From the NCBI GenBank assembly GCA_902783265.1, contig CACZQJ010000074.1, forward strand, positions 1-52,728: DNA of 52,728 nucleotides, written 5' to 3'. Source of the DNA: an uncultured Erysipelotrichaceae bacterium (GTDB lineage Bacteria; Bacillota_I; Bacilli_A; RF39; UBA660). Numbering within the stretch: position 1 is the first letter of the stretch; every line of letters starts with the position of its first letter. The notes under the pieces were generated by a model that worked only from the letters and a program-made list of their open reading frames with translations, was not told the DNA's origin and did not search any database. The position numbers and the translations under genes are program-made. Positions 11,856 through 20,277 of this stretch are shown piece by piece.

Positions 11856-12380
11856 CTAAGCTTTCGAAATTTGTGAAAACTCTAGTTCAATAGTAGTTTC
11901 TTGTCCAAATAGATCCACTATAACTTCTAACATTGCTTTTGTGGTGTCAACGCTTTTAATAGTGCCAAACATGCCTTCGAATGGGCCACTTATTATTTTT
12001 ACTTTTTCGCCTTCTTTAAGGTCATTTTCTGCGTCTAATCGGCTCATGCCTTGTGAACTTAATATTTTGTCTACTTCGGCTGGTGTTAATGGGAAAGGTT
12101 TAGCACCTTTACCAGAAGAACCGATAAACCCAGTTACTCCTGGTGTGTTTCTGACAATAAACCAAGCTTCATCAGTCATAACCATTTCAACTAAAATGTA
12201 ACCTGGGAAAAGTTTCTTTATCTTTTCTTTTCCGTTTGAGTCTACTTCTTTTGTTTCTGGAACAACTACTCTTAGTATATAGTCTTCCATTCCCATGGAA
12301 CTAGCACGCATTTCAAGTTTTTCTTTAACTTTACTTTCATGGCCTGAATAGGTGTTTACAACATACCATTCTTTTTCCAT
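11856..12380 (-). CDS. nusG: Transcription termination/antitermination factor NusG
   Basis: 174 aa with an NGN domain (KEWYVVNTYSGHESKVKEKLE) and a KOW domain (GEKVKIISGPFEGMFGTIKSV). Confidence 0.96.
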   Translation of the reverse strand: MEKEWYVVNTYSGHESKVKEKLEMRASSMGMEDYILRVVVPETKEVDSNGKEKIKKLFPGYILVEMVMTDEAWFIVRNTPGVTGFIGSSGKGAKPFPLTPAEVDKILSSQGMSRLDAENDLKEGEKVKIISGPFEGMFGTIKSVDTTKAMLEVIVDLFGQETTIELEFSQISKA

Positions 12381-12574
12381 TATACCATCCCCAATAAAGT
12401 TTTAATACCGGCTATAGCTAAGTCTGATAAAACGAAGAATACTGAAAGGACAATGATGCATGCTAAAACAGCGAATGAATATTTTACCATTTCTTTTTTC
12501 TTTGGCCATCTTACTTTTTTCATTTCTTTATGAACATTAATAAAAAATTTTTTTGGACTTGCCACTTTCTTCAC
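12380..12574 (-). CDS. secE: Preprotein translocase subunit SecE
   Basis: 64 aa with a basic N-terminus plus a single TM (FAVLACIIVLSVFFVLSDLAIAGI). Its stop overlaps the nusG start (TAATG). GTG 12565 is an alternative start. Confidence 0.85.
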   Translation of the reverse strand: MKKVASPKKFFINVHKEMKKVRWPKKKEMVKYSFAVLACIIVLSVFFVLSDLAIAGIKTLLGMV

Positions 12575-12630
12575 CTACTTTAATTTTATGTATTTTTTCA
12601 AAATAAAAACACTTCTTCGTGTCTACAAAC

Positions 12631-12659
12631 ATATTATCATTAAATGTGTTTATAGTCAA
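12631..12659 (-). promoter_or_regulatory. Sigma-A-type promoter upstream of secE-nusG
   Basis: Minus strand TTGACT (12654-12659) - 17 nt - TAATAT (12631-12636). Confidence 0.5.
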
Positions 12660-12666
12660 GTGTTTT

Positions 12667-13176
12667 TTATTTTCTTTTTTCATATGTTTTGTTAACTTCA
12701 TCATGTATAATTTGTTCATTTAGGCTGGCAAGTTTTAATTCACTTAATAAAAGGCTTAATCTTTTCATTTTTAAGTCAATTATACTGGCGCGTATTTGTT
12801 TTTTGTTTTCGATTATTTCATTTATTTGCATTACATTATCTTTATTTTCAAAAACTGATTTGGCGCAGAAAAATATAACTTCTTGTTCCCAAATATAACC
12901 AACACTATAATTGTTTTCGTTATATTCTAATTTATAATATACACGGTTAAATTCAGTCTCTGGAGTTATATAATTTTCTTTGGCGTATGTATCAACTATT
13001 TCATAAAATGCTTCTAAGCTTTTGGTATTTTCTATATCTTCAGGTTTATTCGAAGTGGCGAATAAATAATCTTCGTTTGTAAAATGTGGGTGCGTTTCAG
13101 CATACATTTCTATCCAATTTGCATAATCTAAATTTTCTTTTATTTTTGCTTTTCTTGCTTCTTTTATTTTATCCAT
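12667..13176 (-). CDS. Hypothetical protein (169 aa), no family recognised
   Basis: Clean ORF with normal composition, 11 nt downstream of the 181-aa ORF. The C-terminal third looks coiled-coil (KKQIRASIIDLKMKRLSLLLSELKLASLNEQ). Confidence 0.6.
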   Translation of the reverse strand: MDKIKEARKAKIKENLDYANWIEMYAETHPHFTNEDYLFATSNKPEDIENTKSLEAFYEIVDTYAKENYITPETEFNRVYYKLEYNENNYSVGYIWEQEVIFFCAKSVFENKDNVMQINEIIENKKQIRASIIDLKMKRLSLLLSELKLASLNEQIIHDEVNKTYEKRK

Positions 13177-13187
13177 GCTACTACTCC

Positions 13188-13721
13188 TTAATTTGTTAAA
13201 ATTTCTGTTAAATAATCTAGACTATCATTAAAAAAATCTGTCATTTTATATATGCTGTCTCTAAAAGCGGTGCTTCTTGTTTTTTGATTATTAACTATTA
13301 AAATAAAACTTTTGCTGTTTTTAATAAGCTCAACATCTTTTGTGTATCTTTCGTATCTTTCTTTTAAATTTTTTAGATCTTGAATATTTCCGTATATGTA
13401 TAATTTACCTTTATTAATATACACGCTGCCACCCATAAAGTTACGAGAAAATTTTTTAATTACATTATAATCACATAAGACATTGTCTATTGATTTTTTC
13501 TTAAAGAATTTTTTCAATTTTTTGATATTTATTTTTTTGTCTCTTCCTTTTTTAAATAATTTGAATTTTTTATTATTTTTGCTTCCTCCGTTACTTAATA
13601 TGTAACACAAATCTATTTTTTTATTATTTTCAATTTTTTCGAGCATACTATCATCATCAATACCAATTCCTAGTAATGATCCTGCCATATTATCTATTAT
13701 GTTTAAAATTTTATCCTTCAT
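13188..13721 (-). CDS. Hypothetical protein (177 aa) with Lys-rich insert, no family recognised
   Basis: The ORF extends to 13733, but GGGTGA precedes the ATG at 13721 (MKDKILNI...). Lys-rich segment NKKFKLFKKGRDKKINIKKLKKFFKKK. A consensus promoter lies upstream. Confidence 0.6.
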   Translation of the reverse strand: MKDKILNIIDNMAGSLLGIGIDDDSMLEKIENNKKIDLCYILSNGGSKNNKKFKLFKKGRDKKINIKKLKKFFKKKSIDNVLCDYNVIKKFSRNFMGGSVYINKGKLYIYGNIQDLKNLKERYERYTKDVELIKNSKSFILIVNNQKTRSTAFRDSIYKMTDFFNDSLDYLTEILTN

Positions 13722-13744
13722 ACAATCACCCAAGCTATATTAAG

Positions 13745-13774
13745 ATTATATGATTTTTTTAATATTCTTGTCAA
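13745..13774 (-). promoter_or_regulatory. Consensus sigma-A promoter of the two-gene orphan cassette
   Basis: Minus strand TTGACA (13769-13774) - 18 nt - TATAAT (13745-13750); both hexamers are perfect consensus. Confidence 0.6.
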
Positions 13775-13785
13775 TTGTTTATAAG

Positions 13786-13813
13786 ACAAAAAAACTAGAG
13801 TAAGCTCTCTAGT
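13786..13813 (-). terminator. murC intrinsic terminator
   Basis: Hairpin actagag (13794-13800) / ctctagt (13807-13813) with a 6-nt loop, followed on the minus strand by a run of 6-7 T. Confidence 0.6.
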
Positions 13814-13866
13814 TTATTTTTTTTGTTTTGTGGCAAGTATAAAATAACATGTGTTTTATAAAATGT

Positions 13867-15174
13867 CTAATCGTTATTCTTTTTATATTTTTCTATATAC
13901 TTGTTTTCAAATTCAGTTAAATCATTGGGACTCATAAATAAAATTACTGAATTATGATGATTTAGTAAATTTTCAAAATTAGTTTCAGATATCTTTTCGG
14001 CATTTGGCACTTCTTTAATGATGTCTTCTGATTTTATATCATAATCATTTTCTTTTTCTCTTGCACCATAAATGTCCATTATATATGCTTTGTCTACTGT
14101 TTTTAAGACTTCGATATAGTCATTTTTAAAAGCATCTGTTCTTGAATATGTGTGTGGTCCCCAAATGGCAACTATCTCTTTATTAGGGTACTTTTGTTTA
14201 GCAGATTTGATTGTGCATTTAATTTCTGTTGGATGGTGGGCATAGTCGTCTACTAAAATGTTATCTAAGACTTTGGTTTCAGTAAATCTTCTTTTAGCTC
14301 CTTCAAAGGTTTTTAAAATTTTTGAAACCTCTTTTGCTTCTAGTCTCTCATAGTAACAAACGCCTATAACTGCTAGGGCATTTAACAACATGTGTTTGCC
14401 ATAGATTGGCAAATCGAAGTGTCCGTAGTAGTTGTCTTCTACGAGTACGTCAAAATTTGCGCCTTCTTCAGTAAATTCAACATCTTTAGCAATTATGTCA
14501 TTATCTTCATCAAAACCATAGAAAAATATTGGTTTATTTACTTCTAAGCTGTGGGTATATGGATCATCTCCGCAAGCAATAACCATTTTTTCTGCTTTGT
14601 TAGCATATTCTGTATATGCGTTTCTTAGATCATCAATATCTTTGTAATAATCAACATGATCTAGTTCAATATTAGTTATAATTGCATAATATGGTTCGTA
14701 AGCAAGAAAATGCCTTTTGTATTCACAAGCTTCTAAAACAAAATATTTATTGTCTTTATTAGCGTGTCCAGTGCCATCACCAATTAGGCAATTCGAACCT
14801 ACTATGCTATTTAAAATATGATAAAGCATTGATGATGTTGTTGTTTTACCATGACATCCAGCAACGGTTATAGTTCTAAACATTTTTGTAAGTTTAGAAA
14901 CCATTTCAGGATATGTATATATTTTTAGTCCTTTTACTTCTGCTCTTATTAATTCTGGATGATCATCTTTAATAGCATTTCCTCTAATAATAGTCATATC
15001 TTTAGTGATGTTGTCTTCGTTATATGGCAAAATTTCAATATTTCTTTCATTTAATCCTTTTTCAGTGAAAAAATGCTTTTCTTGATCACTACCTTTAACT
15101 TCATAACCTAAATCACTTAAGATGCACGCTAGAGCGCTCATGCCAGTTCCCTTAATTCCAATGAAATAATACAT
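13867..15174 (-). CDS. murC: UDP-N-acetylmuramate--L-alanine ligase
   Basis: 435 aa with N-terminal FIGIKGTGMSALACIL and the Mur ligase P-loop VAGCHGKTTTSSM. It starts only 10 nt after the tadC-like stop, preceded by GGGGGA. Confidence 0.95.
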   Translation of the reverse strand: MYYFIGIKGTGMSALACILSDLGYEVKGSDQEKHFFTEKGLNERNIEILPYNEDNITKDMTIIRGNAIKDDHPELIRAEVKGLKIYTYPEMVSKLTKMFRTITVAGCHGKTTTSSMLYHILNSIVGSNCLIGDGTGHANKDNKYFVLEACEYKRHFLAYEPYYAIITNIELDHVDYYKDIDDLRNAYTEYANKAEKMVIACGDDPYTHSLEVNKPIFFYGFDEDNDIIAKDVEFTEEGANFDVLVEDNYYGHFDLPIYGKHMLLNALAVIGVCYYERLEAKEVSKILKTFEGAKRRFTETKVLDNILVDDYAHHPTEIKCTIKSAKQKYPNKEIVAIWGPHTYSRTDAFKNDYIEVLKTVDKAYIMDIYGAREKENDYDIKSEDIIKEVPNAEKISETNFENLLNHHNSVILFMSPNDLTEFENKYIEKYKKNND

Positions 15175-15184
15175 GTTTATCCCC

Positions 15185-15877
15185 CTAATCTAAAAAGCTT
15201 ATTAAATATGGACCTAGTATTAAAACTAGGATAAGTGGTACAACAAAAATTACAGAAATGACACTTACTTTGTTTGGTATTTTATTTATTTGTTTCTTGA
15301 TTTCTAATATTTGTTTTTCCCTCAAAAAATCGACTTGATTATAAAGCGTATCTAAAATGCTGTTTCCAAATTCTGATGTCTGAATTATATTTAGTATTAT
15401 GTTATTGATTGTGTCTGAAGATATTCTATCTTTCATGTCAGTCAATGCTTCATTTAACGACTTTCCTAATTTTGTTTCGTTTAAAGTTTTTTTAAATTCA
15501 TCTGATAATTCAGATTCAACGTTATCACATGTAACTATCAAAGCATTCTCTAGATTTCTTCCTGATTCTAATGTTAGTGTTAGTATTTCAAAGAAGTATA
15601 ATGCTTCATGCTCAAGTCTAAGATTTTTTTTATTTAGCTTTCTTGTGATGTTTATATAATAAAATAAGTAGTAGTATATTATGACTATAAATGGTGCGGT
15701 AATATATCCTGTTTTAGTGAATATTACGATGATGATAAATATTAGTAAGCTTGTTAATAGTCTATCTTTGCAAAAACTAACTGCTGTATATTTTGTGTCT
15801 TTTCCTAAGCAGGTAATATTGTGATTTAATTCGTCTAAAGATTTTTTTGAGTAGATTTTTCTAATTAGGCTATCCAT
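15185..15877 (-). CDS. tadC: Tad pilus platform protein, TadC-like (T2SSF domain)
   Basis: 230 aa with one T2SSF-type helical domain (ALYFFEILTLTLESGRNLENAL...LGKSLNEAL) flanked by TM segments. Its start overlaps the tadB-like stop (TAATG). Confidence 0.8.
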   Translation of the reverse strand: MDSLIRKIYSKKSLDELNHNITCLGKDTKYTAVSFCKDRLLTSLLIFIIIVIFTKTGYITAPFIVIIYYYLFYYINITRKLNKKNLRLEHEALYFFEILTLTLESGRNLENALIVTCDNVESELSDEFKKTLNETKLGKSLNEALTDMKDRISSDTINNIILNIIQTSEFGNSILDTLYNQVDFLREKQILEIKKQINKIPNKVSVISVIFVVPLILVLILGPYLISFLD

Positions 15878-17373
15878 TAAATCACCACCTTCATTATTTT
15901 ACGCACTACTACAACAAAGATTATATAGTAAATTAGCATAAATATCAATAGAATAATACCGATGCTTGTTGTAAAAAATGGAATAAAATATTCAGGATTA
16001 ATAATATTTATAACTAATACGAAGAAAAATGGCATACCTAGTAATACGGCTACAACTATTCTGCTGCCACTAGTTAGTGAAGCTAATTCGAGTCTTAATT
16101 TTCGCTTGTCGAACATATTTCTTTCAATTGAGTCAAACACTTTTATAATGTCGCCACCGGTTTTATTTAAAATGGTAAGTGATGCAGTTAAATAGTTTGC
16201 TTCTTCAAGGTTTATTCTTTTAGCAAATCTTTTAAAAACAACATCAATGCCTAGTCCATATAATAATTCTAGGCTCATTCTGCCGAACTCTTCGCCTACT
16301 ATTCCTTTTAATTCGTGGCTTACAATGTCAATGGCTTGGGTAATACTTCTTCCTGATTTGAAAGCGTTGTTCATTATAGTAATGGCGGCGATAAAGTCAC
16401 TTTCTACTTTCCATCTGAATATTTTATATTTTATAAAATATAGAATGTCTAGCACAAAAAATCCAAAGGTAAATATTAAAGTTATTTCGTATGATGCGAG
16501 TAATTTTAACTTTAATCCTTGTATTACTAGAGCAATAATTACAAAGATAAAGGCGGTTATAAATTTACCAGCAAATATTTCTAAACCGCTTGTGTGTAAT
16601 TTGGTTACTGGGGTATATTTATCTAGTTTTTTAGAATATTTCTTGGCAATTTCTGATTTGTCAAAGTTTTTGGTTATTTTGTCCAGCATTCTTTGATATT
16701 CTTTTATTAATTTTTCCGATAATGAAGGCTTGTTATTTTCTATCGGTTTTAAGGTGTATGGTTCTATTCTTTTTTCTAGTTTAAGCGCTCTTTGAACTCT
16801 TATAATCATTAATGAAACAATAAAGAATAATATGATAAATACGGCTTGGAACATAAATAGGTAATCATTGTTAATTATTTTAATATTTATTTCTTTTGTT
16901 GTTTCGTTTCCAGCTCTATCTATAACAGTATACACTAGTTTTTGATCTTTATTTGTTTTTAAATCAAGGCTATCGATGTTTGTTTTTACTTGATTTGTCA
17001 TATTGCCGTCAAAATTATCTTTGGCTGTAACGTTTTGATTTATAGTGTCTTTTACATTTTCTTTTATTTCAAGGTTTTCATTTTTTACGATTATTTCTGG
17101 GCTTTCTTTATCAATTATATAGTATCCAGAAGTTATGCTTTGACTAGTTCCGTCTAGAAGATTAGCATTTATCTTTATTTGATAAACTCCTGTTTCTGTA
17201 AAATTAATAGTGGTTTCTTTATTTAAAGGAAATGAAGTTGTGGCAATTTTATTATCTTGATATATTTCGTAGTTATATGTTTCCACATTAAGAGATGGCG
17301 AAAAAACAACAGTTACATCGCTGTTTGCTGGATTATTTGTATTTGTAATGCTTAAATTACCTACTCCATTCAT
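15877..17373 (-). CDS. tadB: TadB-like platform protein with about 170-aa N-terminal Ig-like (DUF5011-type) domain
   Basis: 498 aa. Residues about 1-170 are beta-rich with no signal peptide and include VTAKDNFDGNMTNQV...VYTVIDRAGNETT. A TM follows (FMFQAVFIILFFIVSLMII), then a T2SSF domain (MNNAFKSGRSITQAIDIV...) and C-terminal TMs. Confidence 0.8.
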   Translation of the reverse strand: MNGVGNLSITNTNNPANSDVTVVFSPSLNVETYNYEIYQDNKIATTSFPLNKETTINFTETGVYQIKINANLLDGTSQSITSGYYIIDKESPEIIVKNENLEIKENVKDTINQNVTAKDNFDGNMTNQVKTNIDSLDLKTNKDQKLVYTVIDRAGNETTKEINIKIINNDYLFMFQAVFIILFFIVSLMIIRVQRALKLEKRIEPYTLKPIENNKPSLSEKLIKEYQRMLDKITKNFDKSEIAKKYSKKLDKYTPVTKLHTSGLEIFAGKFITAFIFVIIALVIQGLKLKLLASYEITLIFTFGFFVLDILYFIKYKIFRWKVESDFIAAITIMNNAFKSGRSITQAIDIVSHELKGIVGEEFGRMSLELLYGLGIDVVFKRFAKRINLEEANYLTASLTILNKTGGDIIKVFDSIERNMFDKRKLRLELASLTSGSRIVVAVLLGMPFFFVLVINIINPEYFIPFFTTSIGIILLIFMLIYYIIFVVVVRKIMKVVI

Positions 17374-17383
17374 ATTATTCCCC

Positions 17384-18709
17384 TTATCCTTTAAATATAT
17401 CTTTTAAATCGTCTATTCCTTTTGCTTTAATACGGTCATAGTTCTTTGGTATATAATTATGTAAAATAAACTCACCGTCAACATCACCGTTTTCTAAAAC
17501 TCCTGTTTGAATAAATTCAAATATTTTCTTTTGTTTAATTTCTCCGTTTTCAATACCGGTTATTTCATTAATACTACTGATACGTCTTCTTCCATCTGTT
17601 AATCTTTTTACTTGCACGACAATTTGAATGGCTCCTTCGATGTATTCTCTAATGGCACCGACTGGAATTTCGACCCCGTTCATCAAAACCATTGTTTCTA
17701 ATCTGTTTAAAGCGTCTTCTGGGTTGTTAGCATGCATTGTTGTCATACTTCCTTCGTGTCCAGTATTCATGGCTTGAAGCATATCAAAGGCTTCTTTACC
17801 ACGAACTTCTCCAACAATAATTCGGTCTGGTCGCATTCTTAATGAGTTAATTACTAAATCTCTGATGGTTATGGCGCCTTCGCCTTCATAGTTATTGTTT
17901 CTTGTTTCTAGTGAAATAACATGGGGCTGTTTTAATTTTAGCTCGGCGGCGTCTTCAATTGTAATGATTCGGTCGTTTTCGTCACAGAATGATGATAAAA
18001 CGTTTAATAGGGTTGTTTTACCAGCACCAGTTCCCCCTACAACTAAGATGTTTAATTTAGCATGAACACATGCTTCTAAGAACCTTGCCATATATGGCGT
18101 TAATGTTCCAGTTCTTAAAAAATCTTCGATACCTACTAATTCACTTTTGAATTTTCTAATAGTAACAACTGGGCCTTTTAATGACAGTGGTGGCAAGATG
18201 GCATTTAATCTTGACCCATCATCTAGTCTTGCGTCAACCATTGGATGAGCGGTGTCAATTGTTTTGCCAATTGGCTGAATTAGTCTTTGAACGACTCTAA
18301 TTATATGTTCGTCGTTAATAAAGCTAACGCTTTCGTCTTTTATAACTTTACCATCTAGTTCAATATATATTTCATCTGGACTATTAACCATAATTTCGGT
18401 TATCTCTTTGTCTTTTAATAATTCCGTAAGTGGTCCATAGCCATTTATTTCATTATCAATTAAATTATATATATAATTTCTTTCGTTATTTGTTAAATCG
18501 TAGTCGCCAATTATTTCATCTATGCCGTTTTTTATGAATTCGTCAACATTTTTATTTAAGGCTTCACTATCAATTAGGTGCTGGATAATATTGTTTCTTA
18601 GCTTGTCTAACAACTTTTTATTTTTAAATTCATCATAATCGCTAGTTTCCGTTATTTGTACGGATTTATCAAGAGCGGAAAATTCTGCTTTAAATTTTCT
18701 TTCTTCCAT
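17384..18709 (-). CDS. tadA: Tad pilus assembly ATPase (CpaF/TadA family)
   Basis: 441 aa with Walker A VVGGTGAGKTTLLN, Asp box/Walker B RIITIEDAAEL and RPDRIIVGEVRG, and the His-box region GHEGSMTTMHAN. Confidence 0.93.
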   Translation of the reverse strand: MEERKFKAEFSALDKSVQITETSDYDEFKNKKLLDKLRNNIIQHLIDSEALNKNVDEFIKNGIDEIIGDYDLTNNERNYIYNLIDNEINGYGPLTELLKDKEITEIMVNSPDEIYIELDGKVIKDESVSFINDEHIIRVVQRLIQPIGKTIDTAHPMVDARLDDGSRLNAILPPLSLKGPVVTIRKFKSELVGIEDFLRTGTLTPYMARFLEACVHAKLNILVVGGTGAGKTTLLNVLSSFCDENDRIITIEDAAELKLKQPHVISLETRNNNYEGEGAITIRDLVINSLRMRPDRIIVGEVRGKEAFDMLQAMNTGHEGSMTTMHANNPEDALNRLETMVLMNGVEIPVGAIREYIEGAIQIVVQVKRLTDGRRRISSINEITGIENGEIKQKKIFEFIQTGVLENGDVDGEFILHNYIPKNYDRIKAKGIDDLKDIFKG

Positions 18710-18720
18710 AAAAAGCCCTC

Positions 18721-19449
18721 CTATTTTATTATTTCTTTTATCATTTCTCTTAAATGGTCGGCGTCTTTGCTATTTGGTTTTTCAATTACTTTAATTTTAC
18801 CGTTTTCAAGATATTTTTGGTTGTCTTCTTCATAAAATGATTTTGGCAATGTATAATCTATTTCTTTTCCTAAAATTGTTTTTATTTCAAAATTATTTAA
18901 TCTTTTTATATTTTCGTTTAATATTATTTTATATTTACTTACGTTCATGTCTTCATAGATGGTAATCAATGTTTTCATATTTTTTAAATCCATTAAATCA
19001 TCGGTTAATATATATAAGATTTTGTCGCTGGCATCAAAAGCGATTAGATTGGTTTCACTAATGACATGGTTTGTATCTATTAATATAACATCATACTTAT
19101 ATTCTAACTGTTTTAATACTGTTTCGATATATTGCGGAAATATTTTTAGCGTATTTCTAGGATCATTTGGGCATGCTAAAACATCAATATATTCGTTATA
19201 GCTTGTTACATATTTTTCGATTTGAGAATATCTGTTATTCATCATGTCATCTGTTAAACTGTAAATATCTTGAGTATTATTAACACCAAGACTTGCTGCA
19301 ATAACACCACTACTGGTGTCTAAATCTACAATAATGGTTTTTATTTTTTCTTGGCTTAGCGCTCCGGCTAAGTTTAGAACGAATGTGCTTTTGCCTACGC
19401 CACCTTTGACTGAAGTTACAGTTATTATTTTTGCTTTATTGGAAGCCAT
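18721..19449 (-). CDS. tadZ: ParA/MinD-type ATPase, TadZ/CpaE-like
   Basis: 242 aa with the deviant Walker A VTSVKGGVGKST. It sits directly upstream of tadA. It has the ATPase core only, with no N-terminal receiver-like domain. Confidence 0.75.
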   Translation of the reverse strand: MASNKAKIITVTSVKGGVGKSTFVLNLAGALSQEKIKTIIVDLDTSSGVIAASLGVNNTQDIYSLTDDMMNNRYSQIEKYVTSYNEYIDVLACPNDPRNTLKIFPQYIETVLKQLEYKYDVILIDTNHVISETNLIAFDASDKILYILTDDLMDLKNMKTLITIYEDMNVSKYKIILNENIKRLNNFEIKTILGKEIDYTLPKSFYEEDNQKYLENGKIKVIEKPNSKDADHLREMIKEIIK

Positions 19450-19458
19450 ATAATCCCT

Positions 19459-19830
19459 CTATTCTTTTTTTATAATTATTTGTCCGTTTATAATAGAACC
19501 AGTGAATGTAATATCAATGTCTAGTTTGTTTTTAAAAAAGGCTCTGTATATTGTTTTATATTCATTTTTTACATTTATTTTAATCTCATCATTTGTTATA
19601 TTAATTGTTTTTTCGCCTTCAATATTACTATCTAATAAGTTTTTTAATTTGAGCTCGATTTCAGGGTCATCTAGGTGTTTTAAACCGTATTTTATAGTGT
19701 TTTTTATTTCACTTTCATATTTACTTTGAGTATATGATAAATTACCGAGTTCCCAAACTAAAGTGATAAGAATAAAAATTACGGGCAAAAGTAATACAAA
19801 AACTACTAAGCTTTGGCCTTTATTAGTCAT
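19459..19830 (-). CDS. TadE/TadG-like pseudopilin
   Basis: The ORF extends to 19863, but GGAG lies 6 nt before the ATG at 19830. This gives MTNKGQSLVVFVLLLPVIFILITLV, a Flp-type leader plus hydrophobic helix. It overlaps the upstream gene's stop. Confidence 0.65.
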   Translation of the reverse strand: MTNKGQSLVVFVLLLPVIFILITLVWELGNLSYTQSKYESEIKNTIKYGLKHLDDPEIELKLKNLLDSNIEGEKTINITNDEIKINVKNEYKTIYRAFFKNKLDIDITFTGSIINGQIIIKKE

Positions 19831-20167
19831 TTTCTGCTCCATAAATAGCTCTTGATGCTTCAACTATATATTTTTTTCCTATGATGTTTGATAGTATTGG
19901 GGCATTAATGTCTATTTCTTTTTTTAATGTTAATATAGTTAAATGATTATTTAGGCTTTCAGAAAACTCAATGCCTTCTACGGCTGCATACGCTAAAACT
20001 TCTTTTTTATCACGATTTTCATATATTGTTGTAATGGTTTCTAAATCTTTATTTAATTCATATTTATTCATAAAAATATTGCCAACGTCAATTAATGACA
20101 TGAGTATTATTAGTAATACTGGTAAGATTAATATGAATTCTACTAAAGCTTGCCCTCTCTTATTCAT
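19823..20167 (-). CDS. tadE: TadE-like pseudopilin
   Basis: 114 aa, MNKRGQALVEFILILPVLLIILMSL, i.e. the TadE N-terminal motif (G/QALVEF plus LxxP). First gene of the tad operon. Confidence 0.7.
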   Translation of the reverse strand: MNKRGQALVEFILILPVLLIILMSLIDVGNIFMNKYELNKDLETITTIYENRDKKEVLAYAAVEGIEFSESLNNHLTILTLKKEIDINAPILSNIIGKKYIVEASRAIYGAEND

Positions 20168-20193
20168 ATTATCACACTTTCTTATTCTTTTTA

Positions 20194-20222
20194 ATTATAT
20201 CAAATTTATATTTTAATTACAA
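20194..20222 (-). promoter_or_regulatory. Putative promoter of the tad operon
   Basis: Minus strand TTGTAA (20217-20222) - 17 nt - TATAAT (20194-20199), between the mutS terminator and the tadE-like gene. Confidence 0.45.
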
Positions 20223-20244
20223 TATTTGGAAGAAAAACTTTTTT

Positions 20245-20277
20245 ACATATAAAAATAGTTTGACTGGTCAAACTATT
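20245..20277 (-). terminator. mutS intrinsic terminator
   Basis: Perfect 11-bp hairpin aatagtttgac (20254-20264) / gtcaaactatt (20267-20277) enclosing the mutS stop codon, then TTTTTATATG on the minus strand. Confidence 0.55.

Noticed and set aside
12537-12719. 60-aa minus-strand ORF bridging the 169-aa ORF and secE.
   Set aside because: It runs straight through the predicted secE promoter and overlaps both neighbours out of frame, and it has no RBS.
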